DNA of 60,695 nucleotides from a virus (Duplodnaviria > Caudoviricetes), in the IMG/VR virus record IMGVR_UViG_3300044957_001172, positions 1 through 60,695 of that record. The stretch is one strand, 5' to 3'. Made by a program: the position numbers and the translations under genes. This document shows positions 40,031-50,100 of the stretch, piece by piece. Under the pieces are notes generated by a model. That model searched no databases and was not told where the DNA came from. It saw nothing but the letters and a program-made list of their open reading frames with translations. Within the stretch, counting starts at the first letter, position 1. Each line of letters begins with the position of its first letter.

Positions 40031-41722
40031 ATGTCATGGAAAAAATATTTTCAGCCTGTTAAATCAAATAGTGGCTCGTTTAGTGTAATCAGTGGGATAT
40101 CTAATCAGCATCCTTCCCATAGAAATTATTCAAGCTATCTTCCCGATGTATATTCAGGTCATCCAAATCGTTTAGAAAGATACAATCAATATGATATTAT
40201 GGACAGCGACAGTGAGGTTAACGCTGCTCTAGATATCCTTGCGGAATTCTGTAGTCAAATGAATGAAGAAAACGGCACTCCATTTAGGATTTTTTTTAAG
40301 TCACAGGCAACCAATGCTGAAATAACCGTTCTTAAAAAATATTTACAACAATGGACGAAATTGAATAAGTTTGAGCTTAGAATATTTAAAATAATTCGAA
40401 ATGCATTGAAATATGGAGATGTATTTTTTATAAGAGATCCTGAGACACAACAATGGTTATTTGTTGACTCATCTAAAGTAGATAAAATAATTGTCAACGA
40501 ATCTGAAGGTAAAAAACCTGAACAATATCACATTAGAGATTTTAATCCTAATCTAGTAACACTGGCAACAACAGCGATTAATCCAAGCAATATAACTGGA
40601 GGTGGTAGTCAATATACCAGCAATTACGCAACTGGACAAATGAATCCTAGTAGAGGAATGACTGGTGCTTTTCCTAGCAACATTTCAGGCAATAGATTCC
40701 AACTCCATGAAAATCAATATGTTATCGATGCTCGTCATGTTATTCATATAAGCATCAGTGAAGGGTTAGATAATAACTATCCTTTTGGCACCAGTCTAAT
40801 GGAAAGTATTTTTAAGGTCTATAAACAAAAAGAATTACTAGAAGATGCTATCATTATCTATCGTATACAACGCGCTCCTGAACGTCGTGTATTTTATATT
40901 GATGTAGGTAACATGCCTAGTCATATTGCTATGAGTTTTGTAGAACGTGTAAAAAATGAAGTCAATCAACGTCGTATACCAAGTGTCACTGGCGGTAGTC
41001 AGTCAGTTATAGATGCAGGATATAATCCCTTGTCAATTAATGAAGATTATTTTTTCCCACAGACAGCAGAAGGTCGTGGAAGTAAGGTTGAAGTCTTGCC
41101 AGGTGGAACAAATTTAGGGGAAATAGATGATCTTAAGTATTTTACCAATAAGTTGTTTCGTGCGCTTAGGATTCCTAGTAGTTACTTACCTACAGGCCCA
41201 GATGATGGAAGCAGTAATTACAATGATGGAAGAGTAGGAACAGCCTATATACAGGAACTTAGATTTAACAAATACTGCGAAAGATTACAATCGCTAATTA
41301 ATAATCAATTTGATTTAGAATTTAAATTATACATCGCAAATAAGGGATTGAATATTGATAACAATTTATTTGATTTAAAATTTAATCCTCCTCAAAATTT
41401 TGCTAGCTATCGTCAAGCTGAAATGGATAATGCCCGTGTAAACACGTTTAATACAATGATTGCTATTCCATTTGTAAGTAAAAGATTCGCTATGAAAAGA
41501 TTTCTAGGCATGACTACCGAAGAAGTGGCAGAAAATGAACGCATGTGGAAACAAGAAAACATTTATTTAGGAAATGAATTACCTGCTACAACAGAGCTAA
41601 GAAGTATAGGTGTTACAAGTGGAGGAATAAATTCAGATATGAATGATATTACATCTGCTACGACTCCACCTCCTGATCCAGCTTCAGAAACTATAACAAC
41701 TGATACTGGTACCCAAAATTAG
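40031..41722 (+). CDS. Portal protein, T4 gp20-like
   Basis: LLEDAIIIYRIQRAPERRVFYIDVGNMP...EDYFFP...GRGSKVEVLPGG..LGEIDD..YF..KL..AL.IP.S. Confidence 0.95.
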   Translation: MSWKKYFQPVKSNSGSFSVISGISNQHPSHRNYSSYLPDVYSGHPNRLERYNQYDIMDSDSEVNAALDILAEFCSQMNEENGTPFRIFFKSQATNAEITVLKKYLQQWTKLNKFELRIFKIIRNALKYGDVFFIRDPETQQWLFVDSSKVDKIIVNESEGKKPEQYHIRDFNPNLVTLATTAINPSNITGGGSQYTSNYATGQMNPSRGMTGAFPSNISGNRFQLHENQYVIDARHVIHISISEGLDNNYPFGTSLMESIFKVYKQKELLEDAIIIYRIQRAPERRVFYIDVGNMPSHIAMSFVERVKNEVNQRRIPSVTGGSQSVIDAGYNPLSINEDYFFPQTAEGRGSKVEVLPGGTNLGEIDDLKYFTNKLFRALRIPSSYLPTGPDDGSSNYNDGRVGTAYIQELRFNKYCERLQSLINNQFDLEFKLYIANKGLNIDNNLFDLKFNPPQNFASYRQAEMDNARVNTFNTMIAIPFVSKRFAMKRFLGMTTEEVAENERMWKQENIYLGNELPATTELRSIGVTSGGINSDMNDITSATTPPPDPASETITTDTGTQN

Positions 41723-41729
41723 TCAAGTC

Positions 41730-41737
41730 TATAAATA
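41730..41737 (+). promoter_or_regulatory. T4 late promoter consensus TATAAATA
   Basis: Exact match 5 nt before the ATG at 41743. Confidence 0.7.
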
Positions 41738-41742
41738 ATACT

Positions 41743-41982
41743 ATGATACTGCGCGAATTCATATACTTTAATGAAAAAAATAAAGATATGATGCCTGACG
41801 ATCGTTATATTTCGGATAATGACAAGTCAATTTATAATATAAATGACACTAGAAAAAGTAGGCTAACATTAAAAATGCTTCGTGAATTAAGACTTGCAGG
41901 AGAAGCCAGAGAAAAAGAATATAAAGAAGAAATGAGCCTTGTAAGAAAGATGTATGCCGTTCCTCCTCCTCAACCTATCTAA
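41743..41982 (+). CDS. Small conserved head-module protein
   Basis: 79 aa between portal and core genes; DTRKSRLTL motif. Confidence 0.65.
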   Translation: MILREFIYFNEKNKDMMPDDRYISDNDKSIYNINDTRKSRLTLKMLRELRLAGEAREKEYKEEMSLVRKMYAVPPPQPI

Positions 41983-42097
41983 AGTTGAAAATTTTTTGTC
42001 AAAATTGACAGATTTTGACCTATTTTCTAACGATTTTTAAATCATTTTGTAAATATTCTTGCAGCCTTGCCGCTACCATTTAAGGAGAATACAAGTC

Positions 42098-43087
42098 ATG
42101 ACGAAGTTTGAACAGCTTCTAGACTACATTGTTAACGAAGAACATGATAAAGCTAACAAACTTTTTCATGAAATCGTTGTAGAAAAGTCTAGAGAAATTT
42201 ACGAGAATTTAATAGCAGAAGAAGAAGACGAAGACATGGACGAATCTGCAGATGAAGACATGGACGAAGATGAAGACGCAGACGCAGATGCAGATGAAGA
42301 CATGGACGAAGATGAAGACGCAGATGCAGATGAAGAAGAGGATGAAAGTATGGACCTTGAAGATTCATACATGATGGATGGTGACGATGATACAGCTGAT
42401 GACGATATGGACGAAATGGGGGGAGATGCCACTGACGATTTAGAAAGTGATATATCTGTCGATAGTCCAGAAGAAGATTTAAAGATGAGTATTCAAAATG
42501 CCATGGACGAATTACAAGCCGCATTTGATGCTGCCGAAGAAATGACTGGAGGCGAAAAAGGAGGTGATGAATTCGCCACTAGTGACGACGATATGGACAG
42601 CGAAAAAGACGATATGATGGGGTTCAAAGAAGGTCGTCGTATGACTCGCGAATACGTTGAAAAAGTTGGTAACGATTGGGACAAAGGCGGCAATAAGCAA
42701 CAAGCTAAACATGTTGGCGCAGGTACAGGTGATACAGATAGTGCTTCTGTAGAAGGTCGTAGTCCTATAAGCAGTGGTTCAGGAAAGCCTAATACAGGTG
42801 CTAATGCAAAAAACTTAAATCAAAGCCATCACGAAGGTGGAAGTCCAACCGGAACCAATCCAGCAGGAAAAGCAGGCGGATTCTTAAGCAATGCCAAAAT
42901 AGACAACGGCGGGAACGGTAATGTACCTGGAGGAAAGATGGGCGTTAAGAATCTTAAGAAAGTCAGCGGTGGTCACGGTGCTGAAAAGAAAGGTTCTGGT
43001 CCAGGTCCGGTAGGTTCAGGAACAGGTGATAAGGCAGGTCAAACGAGCATGAGCAACCAGGCTCAGTTGATTAAGCATATCAAGTAA
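42098..43087 (+). CDS. Acidic prohead core / scaffold-like protein
   Basis: ATG at 42098 with AAGGAG RBS (preferred over TTG 42059); Asp/Glu-rich middle and Gly/Lys-rich C-terminus; TAAATA at 42050-55. Confidence 0.7.
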   Translation: MTKFEQLLDYIVNEEHDKANKLFHEIVVEKSREIYENLIAEEEDEDMDESADEDMDEDEDADADADEDMDEDEDADADEEEDESMDLEDSYMMDGDDDTADDDMDEMGGDATDDLESDISVDSPEEDLKMSIQNAMDELQAAFDAAEEMTGGEKGGDEFATSDDDMDSEKDDMMGFKEGRRMTREYVEKVGNDWDKGGNKQQAKHVGAGTGDTDSASVEGRSPISSGSGKPNTGANAKNLNQSHHEGGSPTGTNPAGKAGGFLSNAKIDNGGNGNVPGGKMGVKNLKKVSGGHGAEKKGSGPGPVGSGTGDKAGQTSMSNQAQLIKHIK

Positions 43088-43099
43088 TAGAGAATATGG

Positions 43100-43729
43100 A
43101 TGAAATTAACTTATCTTAGAGAAAATTTAAGTTTTGATCAAGCACAAGTAGTGCTTGAAAGCGATGACAAAGAAGATAGAACTCTTTATCTTAAAGGTAT
43201 CGCTATTCAAGGAGGTATTCGTAATGCTAATCAACGAGTCTATCCTGTTGACGAAATTGAGCGTGCTGTAAAAACTTTGAACGATCAATTACAAAGTGGT
43301 TATAGTGTATTAGGAGAAGTTGATCATCCAGATGACCTCAAAGTAAATTTGGATAGAGTAAGCCACATGATTACACAAATGTGGATGGAAGGTCCTAATG
43401 GATATGGGAAGATGAAAATTCTTCCTACTCCAATGGGTAATTTAATTAGAACAATGTTAGAAAGCGGTGTAAAACTTGGAGTCAGTTCAAGAGGCAGCGG
43501 TAACGTTGATGATTATTCTGGCAAAGTATCCGATTTTGAAATTATTACAGTTGATATAGTAGCCCAGCCCAGTGCCCCTGGTGCATATCCTACTCCTGTT
43601 TATGAGCATTTAATGAACATAAGAGGCGGAAATCGTGCATTTAGAGTGGCACAAGAAGTTAAAGAAGATCCAAAGGCCCAAAAATATCTTAAGGAAAGTC
43701 TCCTTAAAATTATTAAAGGTCTAAAATAA
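43100..43729 (+). CDS. Prohead core protease, T4 gp21-like
   Basis: N.N.RVYP, GEVDHP, VSH.I, LGVSSRGSG, DIVAQPSAPGA. Confidence 0.93.
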   Translation: MKLTYLRENLSFDQAQVVLESDDKEDRTLYLKGIAIQGGIRNANQRVYPVDEIERAVKTLNDQLQSGYSVLGEVDHPDDLKVNLDRVSHMITQMWMEGPNGYGKMKILPTPMGNLIRTMLESGVKLGVSSRGSGNVDDYSGKVSDFEIITVDIVAQPSAPGAYPTPVYEHLMNIRGGNRAFRVAQEVKEDPKAQKYLKESLLKIIKGLK

Positions 43730-43747
43730 GCCCGAGGAGAAATATAA

Positions 43748-44839
43748 ATGTTGGACGCATTCAAAAAATTAGTAGAGAGTGGTGCAATTTCAGAAGATGT
43801 TGGATCTGAATTAGAGTTAGCTCTTGCTAATAAAATTCAAGAGAATCGCGACCAAGTTACCGCTGAACTTCGTGAAGAATTCGCCCAGAAATATAACCAT
43901 GATAAAACACTTATGGTTGAAGCAATTGACAAGATGTTAAGCGAAAGATTGGCCGCAGAAATGGCCGAATTGCATGAAGATAAAAAGGCTCTAGTTGAAG
44001 CTAAGACAAAATACGCTCAGCGTATACATGAAGATTCCTTAAAATTAGAAGGATTTATTATCAAGCAATTAGGCAAAGAATTAGTTGAGTTTCAAAATGA
44101 TCGTAAAAAAGTCAGTGAAAATTTTATTAAGTTAGAAAAATTCATTGTACATGCACTTGCTAAAGAAATCCAAGAGTTTGCAATTGATAAGCGTGATTTA
44201 GCAGAAACAAAAGTTCGTTTAATTCGCGACTCAAAAGGAAAATTTGAAGAAATCAAGGCAAAATTTATAAGTCAAGGAGCAAAAGTTGTAGAAAATGTTA
44301 TAAACACTAAGTTAAATTCTGAAATTAAACAATTGAAAGAAGATATCGAAAGTGCTCGTAACAATGACTTTGGACGTAAAATTTATGAAGCATTCGCACA
44401 AGAATATGCAAGTTCTTATCTAAATGAAAAATCTGAAACAAATAAACTATTAAAGATTATTCAAAAGAAAGAAATTGAATTAGCAGAAACTAAACAGGCA
44501 CTAGCAGCAAAACAAACCATTGTAGAATCTAAAGAACGCGAAATTCGTGTAACAAAAGACCTAATGGAACGTAAGCAAGCTATGTCTGAACTATTGGCAC
44601 CGTTAGGTACTGATAAAAAGCAGCTGATGCAAACTCTTTTAGAATCAGTTAGTACAAAAGATCTTGCAAAGGCATATGAAAAATACCTACCAACAGTAAT
44701 GGAAGGTGAAGTTAGAAAGACTATTAAAAAGTCTATTATAACGGAAGGAATTGAAATTACTGGTAATCGTGAACAAAAGCCCGAGGTAGGCTTAGACAAC
44801 ATTTTTGATATCCGCAAACTTGCGGGTTTATCAAAATAA
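43748..44839 (+). CDS. Prohead scaffolding protein, T4 gp22-like
   Basis: Coiled-coil 363-aa ORF between protease and capsid genes; GAGGAG RBS. Confidence 0.8.
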   Translation: MLDAFKKLVESGAISEDVGSELELALANKIQENRDQVTAELREEFAQKYNHDKTLMVEAIDKMLSERLAAEMAELHEDKKALVEAKTKYAQRIHEDSLKLEGFIIKQLGKELVEFQNDRKKVSENFIKLEKFIVHALAKEIQEFAIDKRDLAETKVRLIRDSKGKFEEIKAKFISQGAKVVENVINTKLNSEIKQLKEDIESARNNDFGRKIYEAFAQEYASSYLNEKSETNKLLKIIQKKEIELAETKQALAAKQTIVESKEREIRVTKDLMERKQAMSELLAPLGTDKKQLMQTLLESVSTKDLAKAYEKYLPTVMEGEVRKTIKKSIITEGIEITGNREQKPEVGLDNIFDIRKLAGLSK

Positions 44840-44860
44840 TATTCAAGGAGAAGACACAAA

Positions 44861-46036
44861 ATGTCAAAACTTTTAAATGAAAGATGGTCAGAGACCAAAG
44901 ACGCTCTACTTGAAGGCCTACAAGGTAACCGTCGTCAATCTATGGCAGTTTGCTTAGAAAATACACGCCGTTACTTAGCTGAGGCCGCAACAGCAGGTGC
45001 AACTAGTACTGGTAATATTGCTACATTAAACCGTGTAATTCTACCAGTAATCCGCCGAGTAATGCCAACCGTAATTGCCAACGAAATTGTTGGTGTACAG
45101 CCAATGACTGGTCCAGTGGCACAAATTCATACTTTACGTGTTCGTTACGCTGATTCAGGCAATAATGTTCTAGCAGGCGAAGAAGCGTTAAGTCCATTTA
45201 AGATCGCGGCTGCTTATTCTGGTAATGATGTAGATGCAACACCTAAGGCTGCTGTAACAAGTTTATTAGAAGGTACACCCGGTAAGCGTATGAGCATTCA
45301 AATCTTAAAAACATCAGTTGAAGCTAAAAGTCGTAAGCTTTCAGCTCGTTGGACATTTGAGGCTGCACAAGATGCACAGGCACAGCAAGGTATTGATATA
45401 GAAGCAGAAATCATGGCAGCTCTTGCTCAAGAAATTACCGCTGAAATTGATCAAGAAATCTTAGGTTCGTTACGTGGTCTTGCTGCTGTTGAGGAAACAT
45501 ATGACCAATCATTAGTTTCTGGTACAGCAACATTCGTTGGCGATGAACATGCTGCTCTTGCTATTCAGATCAACCGTGTAAGCAACTTAATTGCTCAGCG
45601 TACACGTCGTGGTTCTGCTAACTGGGCAGTGGTTTCTAACCAAGCTTTGACAATTCTACAGAGCGCAACAACTTCTGCATTTGCTCGCACAACAGAAGGT
45701 ACATTTGAAGCTCCAACAAATACTAAGTTTGTTGGTACCCTAAATGGGGCAATGCGTGTTTATGTTGATGCATATTTGAGTGACACACAAGACAGCAATC
45801 AGATTCTAGTTGGTTATAAGGGTACAAGCGAGGCAGATGCTGCTGCTTTCTACTGTCCATATATCCCTCTAATGAGTTCTGGTGTGGTGTTAGATCCAAC
45901 AACATTTGAACCAGTAGTTGGATTCTTAACACGTTACGGATATGTTGAATTAACAAATACAGCATCCAGCCTAGGTAACGCTGCTGATTACCTTGGTAAG
46001 GTTGCAATTACATCTGCTAACGTAAGCTTTAAGTAA
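44861..46036 (+). CDS. Major capsid protein, T4 gp23-like
   Basis: IRRVMPTVIANEIVGVQPMTGP, VEAKSRKLSARWTFEAAQD, FYCPYIPL, F.P...F.TRYG. Confidence 0.96.
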   Translation: MSKLLNERWSETKDALLEGLQGNRRQSMAVCLENTRRYLAEAATAGATSTGNIATLNRVILPVIRRVMPTVIANEIVGVQPMTGPVAQIHTLRVRYADSGNNVLAGEEALSPFKIAAAYSGNDVDATPKAAVTSLLEGTPGKRMSIQILKTSVEAKSRKLSARWTFEAAQDAQAQQGIDIEAEIMAALAQEITAEIDQEILGSLRGLAAVEETYDQSLVSGTATFVGDEHAALAIQINRVSNLIAQRTRRGSANWAVVSNQALTILQSATTSAFARTTEGTFEAPTNTKFVGTLNGAMRVYVDAYLSDTQDSNQILVGYKGTSEADAAAFYCPYIPLMSSGVVLDPTTFEPVVGFLTRYGYVELTNTASSLGNAADYLGKVAITSANVSFK

Positions 46037-46053
46037 ATTGCTACAGATGTGTA

Positions 46054-46079
46054 AAAAAGCCCGCAAATGCGGGCTTTTT
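46054..46079 (+). terminator. Rho-independent terminator (bidirectional type)
   Basis: AAAAAGCCCGC-AAAT-GCGGGCTTTTT after the capsid gene. Confidence 0.9.
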
Positions 46080-46081
46080 GT

Positions 46082-46147
46082 TAAATAAAATGTCTTTGTG
46101 ATTTATGCGGAACCCACCGCGTAGAGCATAGAACGCTCAAATAGGAG
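46082..46147 (+). promoter_or_regulatory. Late promoter plus structured 5' leader
   Basis: TAAATA at 46082, hairpins TATGCGG/CCGCGTA and GAGC/GCTC, then AGGAG RBS. Confidence 0.5.
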
Positions 46148-46155
46148 AAAAACAA

Positions 46156-46581
46156 ATGGGACGTCCATTAAAAAAGAAATTTTTTAGCGCAGATGCTAAC
46201 AATAATATTAAAGTACAATTTCATAACGGAACCGCGAGCGTAGCTGGTTACATTGTACATCAGGTAGGTGCTCGTAGATTTAGATGCAGCGATGGCACTA
46301 ATCAACGTGTATGTAAATTAGTTAATAAAGCTTCAGCGTCTATTCTTGCTGGAGAAATGACTATCACAGTTAAGCAAGATGACGGAACTGTAGATCAGGT
46401 TTTAAAAATCTCTGGCAGAATGTTAACAACTTTAAGTTCTAGCGGAAACACTATTAGAAGACCTTGGAACTTTAGTACATCAACCAGTGATACATATGTA
46501 CAAGTTGAAGAGGCTGGTACATCAACATCAGCAGTTACAACAGCAACAGGTGCAACTAACCTTGAAGGCGACTCACAATAA
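46156..46581 (+). CDS. Conserved virion protein (possible head decoration)
   Basis: 141 aa, MGRPLKKKFF start, strong RBS, own terminator, directly after the capsid gene. Confidence 0.6.
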   Translation: MGRPLKKKFFSADANNNIKVQFHNGTASVAGYIVHQVGARRFRCSDGTNQRVCKLVNKASASILAGEMTITVKQDDGTVDQVLKISGRMLTTLSSSGNTIRRPWNFSTSTSDTYVQVEEAGTSTSAVTTATGATNLEGDSQ

Positions 46582-46597
46582 TTTATATTGTGTATAT

Positions 46598-46625
46598 ATA
46601 AGGGGGCTTGTCCCCCTTATTTTTT
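46598..46625 (+). terminator. Rho-independent terminator
   Basis: ATAAGGGGG-CTTGT-CCCCCTTAT followed by TTTTT. Confidence 0.85.
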
Positions 46626-46642
46626 GCTAGGTAAATAATGAT

Positions 46643-47167
46643 ATGAGTACAAATTGGGCGCTTCCATCAATAGTTACACAATATTCTGAATTAGGGGCTG
46701 AGGATAATCATGTGTCTTGGAATAGTGAGCGTAATTTTAGTGCTATAAAAAACAAAGATAGTTCTCACACTAAAACCAATAGAGATTTATTGCATATTGC
46801 AAGAAACCCAAAACATGACATAATAGAAAAAACATACTTTCTAAAATTGATCAATTTTAGATTTATCAATGTTCCTACAAGCATTGCCGGAATTGAAGTC
46901 AAAGTCACCATGAATAGATTTGGTAGAATTACAGATGATACTATACAACTTTGTTTAAACGATTCTTTAATAGGTCATAATTTTGCAGACCTAGACCTTG
47001 CCCCTATAAAAATTTATGGATCTACAACTAATTTATGGAATACATCTTTAACCTACAGTGATATTTTAGATAGCTCCTTTGGTATAGTTTTGAGATTTCA
47101 AAGTCATCCTAAATACCCTCATAGAAGTAGTGCCTTCATTGATGCGGTTGAGATTCGAGCTCACTAA
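46643..47167 (+). CDS. Hypothetical structural protein (beta-sandwich-like)
   Basis: 174-aa ORF; TAAATA 5 nt upstream. Confidence 0.6.
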   Translation: MSTNWALPSIVTQYSELGAEDNHVSWNSERNFSAIKNKDSSHTKTNRDLLHIARNPKHDIIEKTYFLKLINFRFINVPTSIAGIEVKVTMNRFGRITDDTIQLCLNDSLIGHNFADLDLAPIKIYGSTTNLWNTSLTYSDILDSSFGIVLRFQSHPKYPHRSSAFIDAVEIRAH

Positions 47168-47193
47168 GAATAAATACATTAAGGAATTAATAA

Positions 47194-50100
47194 ATGTCAA
47201 CTAATGTATTAAAATTACCAGGCAACTACAAATTACTAGCACTGAACGGTAGTATTTATATCGAGTCACTCCAAGAAATGACTCACATTTCAGGCGGATA
47301 CATATACAACGAAGCACAGGATTATATTAAAAATCAATCTGGACAGTTTATAGAAAATCTAGCAGATTCTTACATTAATAATGAAGCACAGCAGTATATT
47401 ATCAATCGTGCTGTCGGTGATTATATTGAAAATAAAGCTGGTAGTTATATTTTTAATAAAACAGACAACCAATATATTAAAAACGAAGCTGGCGATTATA
47501 TAGAAAATCTAGCAAATAGCTATATCAATAATGAAGCTACTTCATATATTAAAAACATTGTTTTAGGTGGCTATATTAAAAATGAAGCAGGTCAAGAAAT
47601 TGAAAATCTTGCAGGGGCATTTATTTTAAATGAATCTAGTACATATATTGATAATAAATCTGGAGATTATTTTAATGTAGAAGCGGGGGGGTTCATAAAA
47701 CTTGTTTCTCTTACTGATGACATAACATTAATATCCCCAAGCTTAATAGAGTTTGATTCACAAACAATTAAAATAGGTATATCAGATGGTCAACAAGTAG
47801 ATCCAAAAGCACAGTTTATAAATGACCTAATACCTGCGGAGAGTGAAACATACGATTTTGGAACCGAAAACAATAGATGGAACAATTTATATATTGAACA
47901 GGTGAAATCATATTCAGAGGAAAATGTACAAAATCCATATTTTAGACCATTTGATCCTACCGATGTTTATGGTGCGACACCTGGTAATACTGCTCAAATA
48001 GAGACTGCCAATGCTCAAAGAGAAGCTAGTGGAACTTTTTTCAAAGGTGGTATAGGAATTCAAAAAGATTTAAATGTCGGAGGTTTCATTTATGGTCGTA
48101 TTGAAATAGCAAGTACCAGTTTAAGTGTTAATGTTACATCAACAAATGTAAACTTAGATTTTTATCCGACATTCGCTCTCAATACAGGCAACCAATTTCT
48201 ATTCATAGATTCTACAGGATTATATGGAGGTTTAACTTATAATCCGTCGCAAGGTTTATTAACAACAGACAAAGCAAGAATTGCATCTACACAAACTGCA
48301 ATCAGTACTATGTCAGCGGCTCTTACTATTACGGGCGGTGTGGGAGTAGGACAAGACATAGTAATAGGGAATGGTGCCTTCCCTAGAGAAGGCAATACAG
48401 GTACCATAGGTAAGGAAACATTAGAATGGGCAGACGCTTATGTAAATAACTTATATACCAAGTTTATTACAAATACTAATAGTAATATAACAATAGCACC
48501 TGCAACAGAATTAACAGAAATTATAGGCGACATAAGAGTACGAGGTGTTAATCCTATAGGTACACATCCAGTAGTAAGTAATACACTTTATGTTACTATG
48601 GATGGAAACGATACAAATGATGGAAGAGCGTTAGATGCTAGCCGTGCTTGCAGAACAGTAGGTGGAGCGATAAAAAGTCCATATTTCAAAGAAGGCACAC
48701 AAATACTTGTCAGTGCAGGATTTTATCTTGAAGACAATCCTATTAGACTTAAACCTTACACAAGTGTTAGAGGTAGTGATATTAGAACTACTTTTTTAGA
48801 ACCTATTAATAAGACACAGGATCTATTTCATTTAGAAAGTGGTTGTTATTTAAATTACATGACATTCTTAAATGGACGAAGTGGTCTATTAGAAGGTCCA
48901 TATGAATCTGGATTCAATAGAGGTGCATATGCTACAGCATTTCCTCCTTTAGAACAAAATCAAAGAATAGATTTATTTCATAGTCCATATGTTCAAAATT
49001 GTACGAATCAAAGTGGTCCTTGGCTTAGGGACGGCACTATGTTTATCCCTAACCAAACGGTACAGGTTCCAGTGGCAGTTGGAACAGGATCGTGGGCTGC
49101 AAACACAAGTTCTATAGTTGTAAAAATAAGTTCAGGTACAGTAGAATTAGGTATGGCTATCAATGCTGGGCAACAAAATCCAGGATTTTTCAATGCTAGA
49201 ACCTTGTTGTTAGCTAATAAACCATTTATACAAGAACAAGTTGTTACATATGTTGATGAAACATTTAATAGTGGAAATTTTGTTTATGATCAAGCAAAAT
49301 GTGCTAGAGACACTGGTTTGCTTATAGATAGTATTGCAATAGACCTATTACAGGACAGCACAAGCGAAAGTATTTTTGCAGGTCTACAATATTGGAGACA
49401 ATCAGGTTATGTAGATGCTATTGGTAGCCAAATAACTACAACAACAGCAGCGATAAATTTCTTGAAAACACAGGCAGCAGCTACTGTTAATAATATCGCT
49501 GCTTCTCAAGTCAATTCTGTATCTGCTAGATTTGATGAAATTTTAGAGATTCTAAATACAAATACAAATAGTTTAAGCAACGGTAATTTTGCAGAATGGA
49601 TCTCAAATAAAATAATTTCAAATTATACAGCATCTACTATTTCAGCAGTTCTAAATGGATATTATGCATTAGTTAATAATAGAACTACTATTACTAATGC
49701 TGTTATAAATTTTGTTAAAACCACTTATCCTAGTTATCCTTTAAATACAGCTACCTGTATTAGAGATACAGGTTACATTATTGATAGTGTGGCATTTGAT
49801 TTATTACACGGCGGCAATAAACAAAGTGTAAAAACAGGTGTATACTACTTTGGATACACAAATAATACATCAGAAGTAAGCGGCGAAGTCCCGCAAACTA
49901 TTACTGCTTATAGATTTTTAAAAGGCATCATTAAACAGGTAGTTCAAGGTAAGCCAGTTACCACAAAATATCAAAATTCTGTCAATCAGGTAATTGCTGG
50001 ATTAAATAGTGCCACTTTCTACGAAGCAGATGTACTAGGTGACAGATTAGATTTAATTACAGAAATAATTAGAAATGGCCCTGATGAGTATCAAGCTGTG

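Noticed and set aside
41997-42033. Sigma70 promoter from TTGACA at 42005
   Set aside because: The -10 at proper spacing is poor (TAACGA), and TTGACA is one arm of a short inverted repeat TGTCAA-AA-TTGACA
42059-42097. TTG start for the core protein as given in the ORF track
   Set aside because: ATG 42098 has a strong AAGGAG RBS, and the late promoter core lies at 42050-55
42189-42712. Antisense ORFs (His/Leu/Arg-rich, poly-Ser)
   Set aside because: Shadows of the Asp/Glu codon repeats in the acidic core gene
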